A stretch of DNA of 64,000 bases from Octopus vulgaris. Its lineage: Eukaryota. This document shows positions 41,451 through 54,212 of the stretch, one piece after another. The first letter of the stretch is position 1. Each line of letters opens with the position of its first letter. The notes beneath the pieces were generated by a model, which saw nothing but the letters and a program-made list of their open reading frames with translations, ran no database searches and was not told where the DNA came from. The position numbers and the translations under genes were made by a program. The DNA lies in the NCBI GenBank assembly GCA_951406725.2, contig OX597821.1, forward strand, positions 64,418,001-64,482,000. Direction: 5' to 3'.

Positions 41451-42156
41451 ATGTATATATATTTATATATGTATATATATACATATATACACACACACAT
41501 ACGTACAGATATCAATCAAACGTACGTTCGCGATTTACGATATACGAATATTTTATACTTGTATGAATTACTGGGAAATTAATTGAAGTCTGGTCGCATG
41601 AATCCAGCGTGTGACAAGTCATTTTTAATAACATTACAGCAACTACAGTATTAGTCATGCGGAGAATCGTCGTTGTAGAAATAAATATAATGGAGAAAAT
41701 AAAAATGAATGAAATTCAACAGAATTAATGATTAGAATTCGTATAGAAAGATGAGAAACTGATTTACAAACCACGGTAAATTGAAATGTTAAATGAGAAA
41801 TACGGTTGTATTAGCTATCTAGATGAAAGATCGAATTTGTGTAAGCATATGTACGCGAATACAGACGGACAAACACAAATAGTTAAGAAATAAATGCATA
41901 TATTCATGTACTAAGCACTCAGCCATACATAAACACATATACATAGGATTGCTATGTGCATATGAATTTTAATTTAATATGAATATACACATATAGCCGC
42001 ATATATACATACATGTAGTCTCTCTGTGTGTGTATGTGAGTGTGTGTTCTTGCGTGTTGGCATTTAAATGTAATATACATGCAAAGATATACGCGCAAAA
42101 TGCGTTACCTATTATGAATATTTATATTTCTACAGATATCAAATAAATACAGTATG

Positions 42157-42233
<77 letters not shown>

Positions 42234-42392
42234 TTGTATATATGTGTGTGTGTGTATGTGTGTGTGCGTGTGTGTGTGTATGTATGTATATGTATATATA
42301 TATACACATATATTTATATATACATACATATTCATAAATGTATGCATATATAGATTGATATGTATATGTACATATATATATATATATATATC

Positions 42393-42842
42393 ATATGTAG
42401 AAAAATACAAACTGGGACAAGAACATATAACATTTAGAAGCCGATACAAAAAACACGGACGGGACATTCGATGCCTTCAATCTTCAGTCAAGAACCGGAT
42501 CATCCTCGCAATTTCGGCTGATTAATCTTGAGATCGCTCCGATCCGGCCAGCCCCAAGGAAAGACTAAGCTAGGAGCATTAAATTTCTTGGAAAAAGGAT
42601 CGAATATATACGAAACAAGGACAGAAAAACGTACGATGCCACACGAATATAAATACAAAAAACAATAATAGTAATAACAGGACAAAAACAGCGGATGTGT
42701 TACGACTTTAGACAGTTCAACGAAGCTTAGCTGGCGTATTTGGAAAAGAATGCCTTGGCGGCAGACGAAGAAAACGATGTTGTCGTGGCGGTGGTCAGAA
42801 GCCGAAAGGCTAGTTGACCGGCGGTCACGTGAGAGGAGAAGA
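42393..42842. mobile_element. pLTR-like non-autonomous element related to 44153-45137
   Basis: Shares GGACGGGACATTCGA...CAGTCAAGAACC.GATCATC..GCAATTTCGGCTGATTAATCTTGAGAT and GCGGTCACGTGAGA; lies in (TA)n. An inverted relative is at about 21118-21290. Confidence 0.6.
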
Positions 42843-43365
42843 TATATATATATATATATATGTACATATACATATATATGTGTGTGTGTATATATGTGTA
42901 TATATATCCTTTTTTCTCTGACGCTTCCTCTTCCTGTTGTTTTCTCTTCTGCCTGCTGCGCTGCTGTTACTTGACCAGCGTCCATTTCCTCTTTTATTCC
43001 ATTCCATTACTCCACGTAGCTGACCAGTCCCAGATTCTTTCTCTCCGTTTTCCGTCGTTCAAGATATTTTCTGAGCGTTACCCACTATTCTCGTCTCCTA
43101 GACCCCAAAGCCATATTTTGTTCGACTTTTCATAATGGTTCACCGTCCTTACTCACACCCTGTGTCGTTTTGATTGTTTTATATATATGAGAAGAAATAA
43201 TTTTTGCCTCTTTTTATGGAGAAAAGGAGGTTTATAGGGCTCCAAACAGTCAACAATAATATTAAGGATTATTCCGAAGTCGCATAGTATTACGTAACTG
43301 AGAGGGAAACGGTAAACGTTTGGAACAATCTCTTACTATTTACAAATACATATATACATATATAC

Positions 43366-43431
<66 letters not shown>

Positions 43432-44004
43432 TTTTTTTTGTGTGTGTGTGTGTGTGTGTGATTTTGTGTGTGTGTGTGTGTGTGTTATTTGATAAACACA
43501 ATGTATATTTTTATATGTTGCAATTAGTTTCATGTTTTCATGTGATGAAAGCATACCGTATCTAAGAACTCTAGCACACTGGCGAATTCTAGATCCGAAT
43601 TCTCAGCAATTGGAAGCAAAGTTCCTGTCGACGAATTGAAAAGGACCACCCTCTCCAGATTAGCAGACTCAAGGACACTATCTTTTCAGCATTATATTAT
43701 ACTTTTGTTTCTCTCCGTTTCCCGGTTTTTCAAATTTCCAATTTTATATCTATCTCTTTCACGCATTTTCTTGCCGTTCTGACTTTTTCTCTCATCCTAT
43801 CGTCTTATATTAGCTTGTTATGTTACGTGGTCAGACTCCGAAGATTGTGCTAAGACACCAAACGTGTTAAAAATACTATCTGGCATGCTTCCATGGCATG
43901 GAGCTAATTGTACCATATAAAAACACATACTGTGTTTATTAAATAATGTTTATCTCTGACCAGATGAAGTATTTTTTATTGATCTAACCATCATAGAACA
44001 GCAT

Positions 44005-44086
<82 letters not shown>

Positions 44087-44152
44087 TGTATGTATGTATG
44101 TATGTATGCATGTATGTATGTATGTGTGTGTTTGTGTGTACATATATATATA

Positions 44153-45137
44153 TATATAGGTAAACAGTAAAAATAATTACAGACATGGACAAGAACATGA
44201 AACGCCACAGAGACGACACAAGAACCACAGGACGGGACATTCGAAGCCCTCAGTCATCAGTCAAGAACCAGATCATCTTAGCAATTTCGGCTGATTAATC
44301 TTGAGATTGCTCCGATATGGGCAGCCCGCCAAGGGAAATCTAAGCCAAGCGCATTAGATCCCCTGGAAGAAAGCTTCGAATGTATACAACACGAGGACGG
44401 AAAACGAGCGAAGTACACGAACAAAAATACAGAATACGTGACACCAATAAGAATACAAAAACGTAAAAACAATAACGGTAAAAATAAAAAATAAACAACA
44501 AAACAAAACCAGGACGTAGGACAAGGGTCTTTCGACAGGACGAGTTGAGTATGGGGCTGGCTTATGAAGTTGTGCCTAATGGCCGCAGGGAGACGAACAA
44601 ATACGTGTTGCTTCGGCGGCTGCTGGAACGAAAAGAGCGCTCAACAGCGGCTAGCGGTCACGTGAGAACAAAAGACAGGAGAAAGGGACAGATGAAAAGA
44701 GAGAGAAGGTGGACGAGGGAGGAGAAGAAAGAGACAGATCGAGGGGGCTGGAGGTGAGAGAGATAGAGAAACGTAGAAGAGGGAGGGAAAGACGGATGGA
44801 GAGGGAAAGAAAGGAAGGGGAATAAGGGAGGAGAGAGAGAGAGAGAAAGAGACAGATTAAGAGTCGTATCAATGCTTGAGAAAAAATATACTTATCGTAT
44901 AAGGACAATTGTGGATACGTAGCCGCCGATTATATAGGTAAACAGTAAAAATAATTACAGACATGGACAAGAACATGAAACGCCACAGAGACGACACAAG
45001 AACCACAGGACGGGACATTCGAAGCCCTCAGTCATCAGTCAAGAACCAGATCATCTTAGCAATTTCGGCTGATTAATCTTGAGATTGCTCCGATATGGGC
45101 AGCCCGCCAAGGGAAATCTAAGCCAAGCGCATTAGAT
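44153..45137. mobile_element. Young non-autonomous element with identical 207-bp terminal direct repeats
   Basis: 44153-44359 equals 44931-45137 by eye; GA-rich non-coding interior; flanked by (TA)n; no TG..CA termini. Confidence 0.8.
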
Positions 45138-45163
45138 ATATATGTATATTTATATGTATGTGC

Positions 45164-45198
<35 letters not shown>

Positions 45199-45339
45199 CG
45201 CGCGTGCGTGTGTAAGTGTGTGCACACATCCATACATACACTCACTGCACACAAAAATTATGAATATAACTATATTTTACACCTAAAAAAATTATCGTAA
45301 ATTTTAAACTCTATCAGACACTAAAAAATCTAAAACTTT

Positions 45340-45505
45340 AGGCGCAGGAGTGGCTGTGTGGTAAGTGGCTTGCTAACCAACCACATGGTTCTGGGTTCAG
45401 TCCCACTGCGTGGCATCTCGGGCAAGTGTCTTCTGCTATAGCCCCGGGCCGACCAATGCCTTGTGAGTGGATTTGGTAGACGGAAACTGAAAGAAGCCTG
45501 TTGTA

Positions 45506-45556
<51 letters not shown>

Positions 45557-45786
45557 TTGTGTGTTTGTGTCTGTGTTTGTCCCCCTAGCATTGCTTGACA
45601 ACCGATGCTGGTGTGTTTACGTCCCCGTCACTTAGCGGTTCGGCAAAAAAGAAACCGATAGAATAAGTACTGGGCTTACAAAGAAAAAGTCCCGGGCTCG
45701 ATTTGCTCGACTAAAGGCGGTGCTCCAGCATGGCCGCAGTCAAATGACTGAAAAAAGTAAAAGAGTAAAAGAGTAAGAGTAAAGAG
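45340..45786 (+). mobile_element. SINE family A, full-length reference copy
   Basis: GGCGCAGGAGTGGCTGTGTGGTAAG (A box) and GGTTCAGTCCC (B box), CORE-like body, (AAAAGAGT)n tail. Confidence 0.9.
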
Positions 45787-46346
45787 GTCTTAATTTTACG
45801 TTGTCCTTTGCCCAAATATTTATGTTATCAGTGTCTTTTTCAACCCAAGTAGAAAGAGACATCTCCTATTCGCAGTCTGCCAGGAGAGGTGGAATAGAAA
45901 TTAGCCAGAACGTACTGTTTGGACAACGCAACCACGTTCGAATAACTCCTCCCTTACCGAGGTATTGAAAATTACACCAGAGTGCAGCGTTAAGAACTAT
46001 GTTAACGTCAAAACATTAAAATTGATAAGTGTAATTAATGAGGCAGTTTAAAACGTGAAGCATATCTTAATTGATCTAATCGAGGCATTTATTCGTTGGG
46101 AATATTATGTAAATAAGTAAAAAAAATAAAAGAGACGATGACGGAGATTTTGTGAAATAAATTCTTGGAAAAAGAAATCTAATATAACCATATATAGAAA
46201 ATGTACGTATATGTACTTTGCGAAAATGATTTAGACACTGCTAATCTATACTGCTTGCGGAGTAAAAGATTCTAGTGGGTCCTGTAAAAACATACGAAAG
46301 TAAAAGACGGAAACGTACAAATACATGTATACATTCACACTACATA

Positions 46347-46510
46347 TTGGGTTGTCCGGAAAGTTCGTGGCGATTTTTAAAGAAAGAAAATGGTCAATAA
46401 ATACTTGCCATTACATTTTTAATCAACCAAATATAAGCCATTTTGTTGCACAGTGCATCTCCATCTTTCTTTTACTTTGAAAATATCCACTTCCCAGAAT
46501 TGAGGTGGTA
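46347..46510 (-). mobile_element. Mariner 3' end fragment
   Basis: TA|TTGGGTTGTCCGGAAAGTTCG TIR. Minus strand translates PQFWEVDIFKVKERWRCTVQQNGLYLVD*. Confidence 0.8.
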
Positions 46511-47035
46511 TATAAAACCACTATAAGCTGTAGGGGAGAACAATTCACACGTGTGCTGAGGCTGACCAAAGGATTTTATATTTAGATATATCTGTACTCA
46601 TGATTTTTGCTTCGGCTTTTTTCTATTGGCGCATGTATTTCATTTATTTCTTTTCGTATTTTCTACTGAGGAGGAAAAAATCTATTACGAGATTAATTCC
46701 TAAATTGATTCAATATAGAAATAACGAACTTTTTTAAAAAATCCTATAGGCTAGCTTTCCTCGATTTCAGCTCTACGTATTTTCTGTAGCGAATAAATAA
46801 TATGTGGAAATTGACGATTTAAAAGTCTGTTATCAGCATATTGGCATAGAAATATATTTCTTTACCCACTGTTTATAAGTTGTTTGTATATATATACATA
46901 CATACATATATATTTATATATATATATATACATACATATACATACACATATACATACATCATACCTGCACACACACATATATTATTTTATTCTTTTATAT
47001 GATGCAGCCTTGACGCTGCGGCTATGCTGAGGCAC

Positions 47036-47076
<41 letters not shown>

Positions 47077-47089
47077 GTATGTATGTATG

Positions 47090-47374
47090 TATACGACCTC
47101 GAACCCACAAGAGTAAACAAGAGAGACAGAGACAGGCAGAAACAAGAAAAATGCCACGTGTATTTGAACACTATACAAATATTCGTTAAAAAAATCTTTT
47201 CTTTCAATTTTTCCAAAATGTTATTGTTTTCCATACTTACAGTTGAAAGAGTCTCAATGTCTGAAACCGGTACTGAAATATTTTTTGTAAAATTATTTTA
47301 GCATTTTCGACCTTGACTTTTTTTCCATATACATATATATGTATGTATGTATTTGCGTGCATGCGTGTGTGTGT

Positions 47375-47413
<39 letters not shown>

Positions 47414-47431
47414 CGTGCGTGCATGCGTGTG

Positions 47432-47483
<52 letters not shown>

Positions 47484-48046
47484 TACGTGTGTGTGTGTCT
47501 GTGTGTGTGCGCGTGTTTGTGTGTGGAATGTTGAAAAAGAACACGAGTTAGTATGTATAAGGAAAATACGACAATGTAGATAATGCTAAAATAATTTTAT
47601 CATGAAGAACATTTTAGTACCGGTTTCAGTCATAGCAACTTTTTCAACTTAGAGTAAAGCATGAAAAGCAAATAAAGTGGGAAAAAATCAAATGAAATGT
47701 TTTTAAAAAAAATATATATTTCCATAGTTTTCAAATGCAAGCGACATTTTCTATTTTTTTTAATCCTGTCTGTCTCTGCTTCTCTTTATTAATCTAATGT
47801 GCTGTAGGTAGTTAGCAGCAGCTAGTTTGATATGAATTTTGTCTTAGTAGAGAAAGGAGGCGGAGGAGAAGAAACTATAGAAATATATATTCTTTTTTAA
47901 AAACATTTCATTTAATTTTTCCACCATTTAATTGTTTTCATGCTTTACTCAAAGTTGAAAAAGTCGTACTGACTGCAACCGGTATTAAAATGTTCTTTAC
48001 GATAAAATTATTTCAGTATATTCTACCTTGTCATATTTTCCTAATA
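47090..48046. mobile_element. Three copies (+,-,+) of a pLTR-like repeat, each with a U3:A8 hammerhead motif
   Basis: Motifs at 47240-47275(+), 47616-47649(-) and 47953-47986(+). Consensus AG-TTGAAAA-AGTC(5 nt)GACT-GAAAC-CG-GTA-CT. Confidence 0.6.
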
Positions 48047-48052
48047 TGTGTA

Positions 48053-48086
<34 letters not shown>

Positions 48087-48455
48087 ACGAGAGGGAGAGA
48101 GACTGAGGGTGAGATAGAGCTGACGAGAAAAAGTGTATGCGTGTGTGAGTTGTGTATGTGTGCAGGCTACTACCAAAGAAATTTCTCGATTAAGTGGGAA
48201 TAATCCCAAATTACATCAGTCTGAATAAATCATTGGCGGCATTTTCTCTTCTTCTTACCTCTTCTTCATTTTCATAATCTAATAATGATATCATAGTTAT
48301 ATATGATACGCCAGACTGATAAATACTTCCTCATCTGCAGACCATACGTCTGTATATGGTGCCATATTATCTGATCGCTACCGTAAGATATAATGAGTAA
48401 AACATTTTCAGACATCCGCAAACTGGAAAGATTTGACGTATTACATGTATATGTA

Positions 48456-48549
<94 letters not shown>

Positions 48550-48568
48550 AGTCAAATTGCGATAAAAT

Positions 48569-48666
<98 letters not shown>

Positions 48667-48869
48667 TTAAGTAGAATTATATACACGCCGACACACGTAT
48701 AAAAAGATAGACACATAATTGTATACACACAGACACACACAATGTCACATAGACACAGGCGAATCTCGGACAAAAGTGTGTTATTAGTCTTTTACATGAA
48801 CAAAATTTATAGAACACAGTACACTTAGGCGAATGATATCTTATGTATATATAAATGTATGCATATCTA

Positions 48870-49275
48870 TTCTTTTATTGTTTTATGCGTTTCAGTCAGT
48901 TGACTGCGGTCATACTGCAGCACCACCTTTAGTCGAAGAAATCGCCCCCAGGACTTATTCGATTTGTAATCCTAGTACTTATTTTATCAGTCTGTTTTGC
49001 CGGACCGCTAGGTTTCATGGAAATAAATACACCAACATCGGTTCTCAAGCAATAATGGGGGTTCAAACACAGACACAAAGACACACACACACACACACAC
49101 ACACGCATATATATATACACGATGGGCTTGTTTAAGTTTCCGTCTACAAAATCCACTCATAAGGCTTTGGTTGACCCGAAGCTATAGTAGACATTTGCCC
49201 AAGGTACCAAGCAGTGGGACTGAACCCAGAAACATGTATTCTGGGTGCAAGATTCTTACCACATAGCCAGGCCTG
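48870..49275 (-). mobile_element. SINE family A
   Basis: Family match. Confidence 0.8.
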
Positions 49276-49299
49276 TACTTTATATATATATATACATAC

Positions 49300-49510
49300 A
49301 GTATGTGACCTCGTGAGTACCACCGGCGATTTTTTCTCCTTTCTCTTCCCTTCTCGGGATCTTTCCTTCTCCTATGTTTCCGACGAAGAGCTTCGCTCGA
49401 AACGTTAAACCCTCCTTCTTCCCCTCTTTCCTCAGCGTCCAATAATACTTTATTTGTTCCAAGTCCTTGCGTTGTTGTGTTTTTTTGTTTTCTTGTTTGG
49501 ATTAACAGTA
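49300..49510 (+). mobile_element. Solo Penelope pLTR with minimal hammerhead (49376-49410)
   Basis: GTTT-CCGACGA-AGAGC(TTC)GCTC-GAAAC-GTT-AAAC; lies in (TA)n. Confidence 0.65.
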
Positions 49511-49511
49511 G

Positions 49512-49581
<70 letters not shown>

Positions 49582-50347
49582 AGGATAGTAGAGTTAGCGG
49601 TTGGAATAACCGTCTAAGGGATAAGTCTATTTTCTACTTAATTTATATGTGTGTGTGTGTGTGCGCGCGCGCGCGGGGAGTGGGCAAAAGTTCCTTTGAC
49701 GCTTATTCTAGCAATGCTGGTGCTCATCTAGTATCCTTAGTCACATTAGTGACGTATGTATTTCTGCCTTTCGATTGTAAATTGCGAAAAAGGCCGTCTT
49801 TACTATTTATAAATTTCACTTTTACTATTTATGAAGTTAGCATAAGATTTCTACAATAACTCTTATAAACTAACAAAGCGAGCTAGCTTAACACTAGGCA
49901 GCCAGATAAGAACCACAGACGAGCATTAATATAAATGCGAAATCTCTGGTGATCTGGCTATGATCCGGATGATGTAGGGAGCTTGCCTCGCTTTTTAGTC
50001 ATAAGATAAGTGCTTTATCAAGGCTTAGAGTTGTTTTGACGCATTTGGCCAAATTTGGACCCATGGCAGTTTAACATAAGTGCAGCGATTTATTATTAAA
50101 AAGAAATTAGAATGAAGCAAATTTCTAACAAGTTTACTAATTTTATTGCTGAATCGAACGAACATCAACTAGAAAAGCTGTTGTTGATAAGTATAACCTT
50201 TCTTGTAGAGTTCAATATAAAGTGTAGATTGAATAGCAAAGCAGTTTTAGGACTCGTAGATCGCATACCAAAGTAGTACCCAAATAGTCTCTGTCCGTTG
50301 ACATATATAACAGAAGCATCATATATATATACATACATACACACATG

Positions 50348-50390
<43 letters not shown>

Positions 50391-50391
<1 letters not shown>

Positions 50392-52285
50392 CAGGGATGC
50401 CCCCTCTCGGCGCTTCTATACGTATTGACTCTTGAGCCACTACTGCGGAAGCTGGCGACTCTAAGGGGCATCCCGCGAGAATTGGGATGCGGGACGAGCG
50501 TGTCTGCATACGCGGACGACGTCACCGTCATAGTGTCAAGCCACGAGCACATCGAGCTCGTCGGTGAGACACTGAAAAACTACGAAGCGGTGACAGGAGC
50601 GAAAATCAACCGGGAAAAGTCAGTGGGCTTGCGACTAGGCACCTGGAGAAGCAAGCCCATGCCGTCCACCAGCGCCTCCGTCGTGGGACGCTGGACCGAC
50701 GGCCCGGTTGAGTTGCTCGGGGTCTGGTTTGGTCCGGACCTCCAAGTGGAGAAGAACTGGAACGAGATAACGAGTAGGGTGGTCACTCTCGCCCGGCAAT
50801 GGGCCGAGAGGAAACTGTCCCTAAAAGGTCGAGCGGAGGTGGCGAACACGTACATCGCGTCCGTCATCTACTACCGCCTGACCGTCGTACCTTGTCCCGA
50901 CCCTACCATCACCAAACTACAACGCATCCTCTTTCGCTTCTTGTGGAAAGGATGCGTCCCGATGGTCAGGCGATCCATTTGCTGTCAACACCCGTTAAAA
51001 GGAGGGCTGGGCATGCCGTGGTTGATGATGCGCAGACACGCGCTGAGACTGCGACATCTCTGGCTCTATGTAGACGACGGTGAACAGGTGTGGTCGCCGT
51101 TTGTGAGGCACGCTTTCCCGCAGCTCGTCTCCATGACCGAACTGCAGTCGTGGATCAAAAAGAGGCCGAGGAAGGGCGAATGGCACCGCGAGTGTCGCGT
51201 TGCTCTCAAGCAACTCTGCCGTCCTGGGTCGACCTTAAGTGACTTCAACACAACCAAAGCATTCTATAGGGGTTTAGTGGAGGGGAGGTACGACGACGAG
51301 CTCGGGGCGAACCTGGACGTCGACGAGGAGTACCTGACCCGCCTGTTCAGGACGACCTTCGGGCCAGGGCCCATGGACAACTTCCAGAGATCCCTGGCCT
51401 GGCAGTGCTACCGAGAAGCGCTACCCGTTCGGGATAAGCTCTACAGACACGGCTCGAGAAACACGGGGCCGACCTGCCCGAGATGCGGTCAGAGCGACGA
51501 AACCGTTCTGCACGCACTCGTTCAGTGTCCATCAATTTCCGACCTGTGGGCTTGTGTCGAACAACTGCTGTCACGTGTGGGACGAGTCGGTTTATCAGCT
51601 GAGTCTATCGTCAATATTGTCACGCCTCCTTCCTTCAAACGGGAAGGAAGAGCTATTTTCATCATCCTTGTGGCTATGGCGAAAGAATGTATCTGGTGGA
51701 CGCGTCTGAAAGGATTGGAAACAAACACTTTCCTCTCTGGTCAATCTCTCATCAACTTCTTCAAGTACCACTTGAAAAGGAAAGTGAGAGTAGAGAGGCA
51801 AGTTTTGTCTAGCGAATGTTTTAAAAAAAGATGGGTGAATGTAGCAAGAATGGCACGTATGAATGACGAAGCCACCTTGAGCATAGTCCTATGAACCCAG
51901 AAATCAAAAACAGAGAGTTGCTTATTTGCAAAAAAAAAAAAAATAGAAATATAAAATGTGACTTCATTGACCGAGGTTACCGTGGTCTTTTCCGTAGGCT
52001 TTTCTTTCCACGGGTAAACCTCACCTGTCCTCCCCTTTACACTTCATAATGACATTTCTGTGATAACGATCCCTATTGATCAATTTTTTTTTTTTTTTTT
52101 TCCTCCCCCCTTTTTTTTACCCCCCTTTTTTGTCCTCTTTCTCTCCCTTTACGATCCCTTTTGATCGAAACTCCCCCCTTCCCTTTTTTTTTTTTTTTTT
52201 TTTCTTTCTCTAACCCTTCAAAAGAAAAGCTCTACCTTGTAATTTGTTCTATCTGTGTGCAGCCCTGTGTGGCTAATAAAGAAAC
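50391..52285 (+). mobile_element. Tx1/L1-like LINE insertion including 3' UTR, in (TATC)n
   Basis: ORF above, pyrimidine-rich UTR, AATAAA at 52275-52280, and (TATC)n on both sides. Confidence 0.88.
50392..51894 (+). CDS. 5'-truncated ORF2 of a Tx1/L1-clade LINE (RT C-terminal half plus zf-RVT); stop-free but lacking a start and endonuclease
   Basis: In-frame QGCPLSALLYVLTLEPL, AYADD, GAKINREKS, LSLKGR, FLWKG, GGLG, LPVRDKL and CPRCGQSDETVLHALVQC; GC-rich relative to flanks. Confidence 0.92.
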   Translation, partial: QGCPLSALLYVLTLEPLLRKLATLRGIPRELGCGTSVSAYADDVTVIVSSHEHIELVGETLKNYEAVTGAKINREKSVGLRLGTWRSKPMPSTSASVVGRWTDGPVELLGVWFGPDLQVEKNWNEITSRVVTLARQWAERKLSLKGRAEVANTYIASVIYYRLTVVPCPDPTITKLQRILFRFLWKGCVPMVRRSICCQHPLKGGLGMPWLMMRRHALRLRHLWLYVDDGEQVWSPFVRHAFPQLVSMTELQSWIKKRPRKGEWHRECRVALKQLCRPGSTLSDFNTTKAFYRGLVEGRYDDELGANLDVDEEYLTRLFRTTFGPGPMDNFQRSLAWQCYREALPVRDKLYRHGSRNTGPTCPRCGQSDETVLHALVQCPSISDLWACVEQLLSRVGRVGLSAESIVNIVTPPSFKREGRAIFIILVAMAKECIWWTRLKGLETNTFLSGQSLINFFKYHLKRKVRVERQVLSSECFKKRWVNVARMARMNDEATLSIVL

Positions 52286-52308
52286 ATATCTATCTATCTA
52301 TCTACCTA

Positions 52309-52373
<65 letters not shown>

Positions 52374-52423
52374 CTTGCCACTAAACCTTTTTTCTATTCT
52401 CTCTCCCTATTTATTTCTGTGTT

Positions 52424-52461
52424 TCTTTCTGTCGAAGAGCGTAGGCTCGAAACGTAAAAGA
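52424..52461 (+). ncRNA. Minimal hammerhead motif (CUGUCGA core) in a solo pLTR at about 52372-52540
   Basis: TCTTT-CTGTCGA-AGAGC(GTAG)GCTC-GAAAC-GTA-AAAGA. Confidence 0.6.
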
Positions 52462-52593
52462 CTTTCTGACTTCCCGAGCCGGGTATGTAAACATCTGTTT
52501 GTTGTTTATATACCCGTCTTCGTCTCTTTGTAAATTCTCACTACACATACATACACACACGCACACACACACACACACACACAAACATACGTA

Positions 52594-52798
52594 AACTAAT
52601 CCCTCGACCATCGCGGGTGTTACGTTCCAAAACCTCCCAGAGAAATAATTAAAATTAAAAATATATAAATGCCTATCAGCCGCTGAAACCCGCCATATAC
52701 CGAGGTATCCGCAATATAAATTCACATATATTAGCCAGAAAAACGCAGTATATAGTGAGTGAGCGATAGGTGTACCGCGATATGGTGAGGGATTAATG
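52594..52798. mobile_element. Pogo/Tigger-like MITE, shorter copy
   Basis: TAATCCCTCGACCATCGCGGG...CCGCGATATGGTGAGGGATTA; homologous to 16798-17252. Confidence 0.8.
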
Positions 52799-53397
52799 TA
52801 TATCTATATATATTTGATGTTTCTGTTTATAGACGCATTTCTTCGCACAAAATCCTGTGTTTGTGATGGGCTGTACAACATGTAGTAAAGCGATTCTGAC
52901 CGCATTATACAATACATATGCATTCATGTAATATGATGCAAATTATTTCGTGATGTAAATTGTATTTTGACTGGAACCACGTCGATATGGAAATAATTCC
53001 ATGTGGATTTTTACTCAAGTGAATTTAGTCGCTATTCGATCTATTCTGATTACTTTCTTCTAATGTTCAACATTAGAAACCAGCAAGAAATGAATGTTTT
53101 CATCAAGAAAAGATTCTATCAATAGTTTGTTTAAAGTTAACATGTCTAAAGTTACTGGTAAATACAACTTGGATAATTAATGACTGGTTAATTGCTAATG
53201 TAAAAGTCATCCAATTAGTGACAATAACAAAATTGTATTTAAAACAGAGGAGAACGAAAAACAATTAAAATTAAACACATGCAAGTCAGTCTGACGTTCG
53301 TTAATCGCATGTTAAGACCAAAACTAAACGAAACAAATGTAGCATTGAATAATTCACGAACATCTGCAACTTCCTGTATACATACATACATACATAC

Positions 53398-53510
<113 letters not shown>

Positions 53511-53794
53511 TGTTATCAAAAAAGGGGGTCGAATTAATTAATTGTTAATAAATTCGACCAAGCAGTATTCGGTATGTAAAGACCATTTACGGTATATTTG
53601 AAGTATTAATTTATAAAAATATGGTAAAGTAAAAGAATTCACTTTACCACACACCGAACTTTTCAGAAATAGCAGCCAAAAATTTGGCTATTTCTTCAAC
53701 TGCAAATAAAAGTCTCCAGACAATGCATACTCAGAAAAATAACACACATAGGTATAAGGGAAAAACAATGAAAGATCACATCCATATACGATAC

Positions 53795-53853
53795 CCGAGG
53801 ACAGTCTGTTTCTGGATTTGTGGGTAAACGCCACTTTTCCTTCATCAGCTCAG
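53795..53853 (-). ncRNA. Type I hammerhead ribozyme (canonical core)
   Basis: Reverse-complement copy of 54153-54212. Confidence 0.75.
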
Positions 53854-54152
53854 AGATTTCTTCTGATTTAGATTTGAAAAAACTAAGAATCAAACATACC
53901 CGTCCGATATCTGTAACATCGGACAAACCATGCCAGACACCCAGTACTAGCGAATCCAAAAATACGAATGAGATCTATTATTCTCCCTGTCCACCCACGT
54001 GAGTCATAGAGCATTACATTTCTACAGAGGTATCTCATTCGTATTTTTGGATTCGCTAGTACTGGGTGTCTGGCATGGTTTGTCCGATGTTACAGATATC
54101 GCACGGGTATGTTTGATTCTTAGTATTTTCAAATCTAAATCAGAAGAAATCT

Positions 54153-54212
54153 CTGAGCTGATGAAGGAAAAGTGGCGTTTTACCCACAAATCCAGAAACA
54201 GACTGTCCTCGG
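54153..54212 (+). ncRNA. Type I hammerhead ribozyme (canonical core)
   Basis: CTGAG-CTGATGA-AGGA..GTGG..CCAC..TCCA-GAAAC-AGACT-GTC-CTCGG. Stem I is CTGAG/CTCGG, with a GUC triplet. Confidence 0.75.

Noticed and set aside
50580-51801. Antisense and alternative-frame ORFs over the LINE
   Set aside because: They are shadows of a GC-rich ORF and show no motifs.
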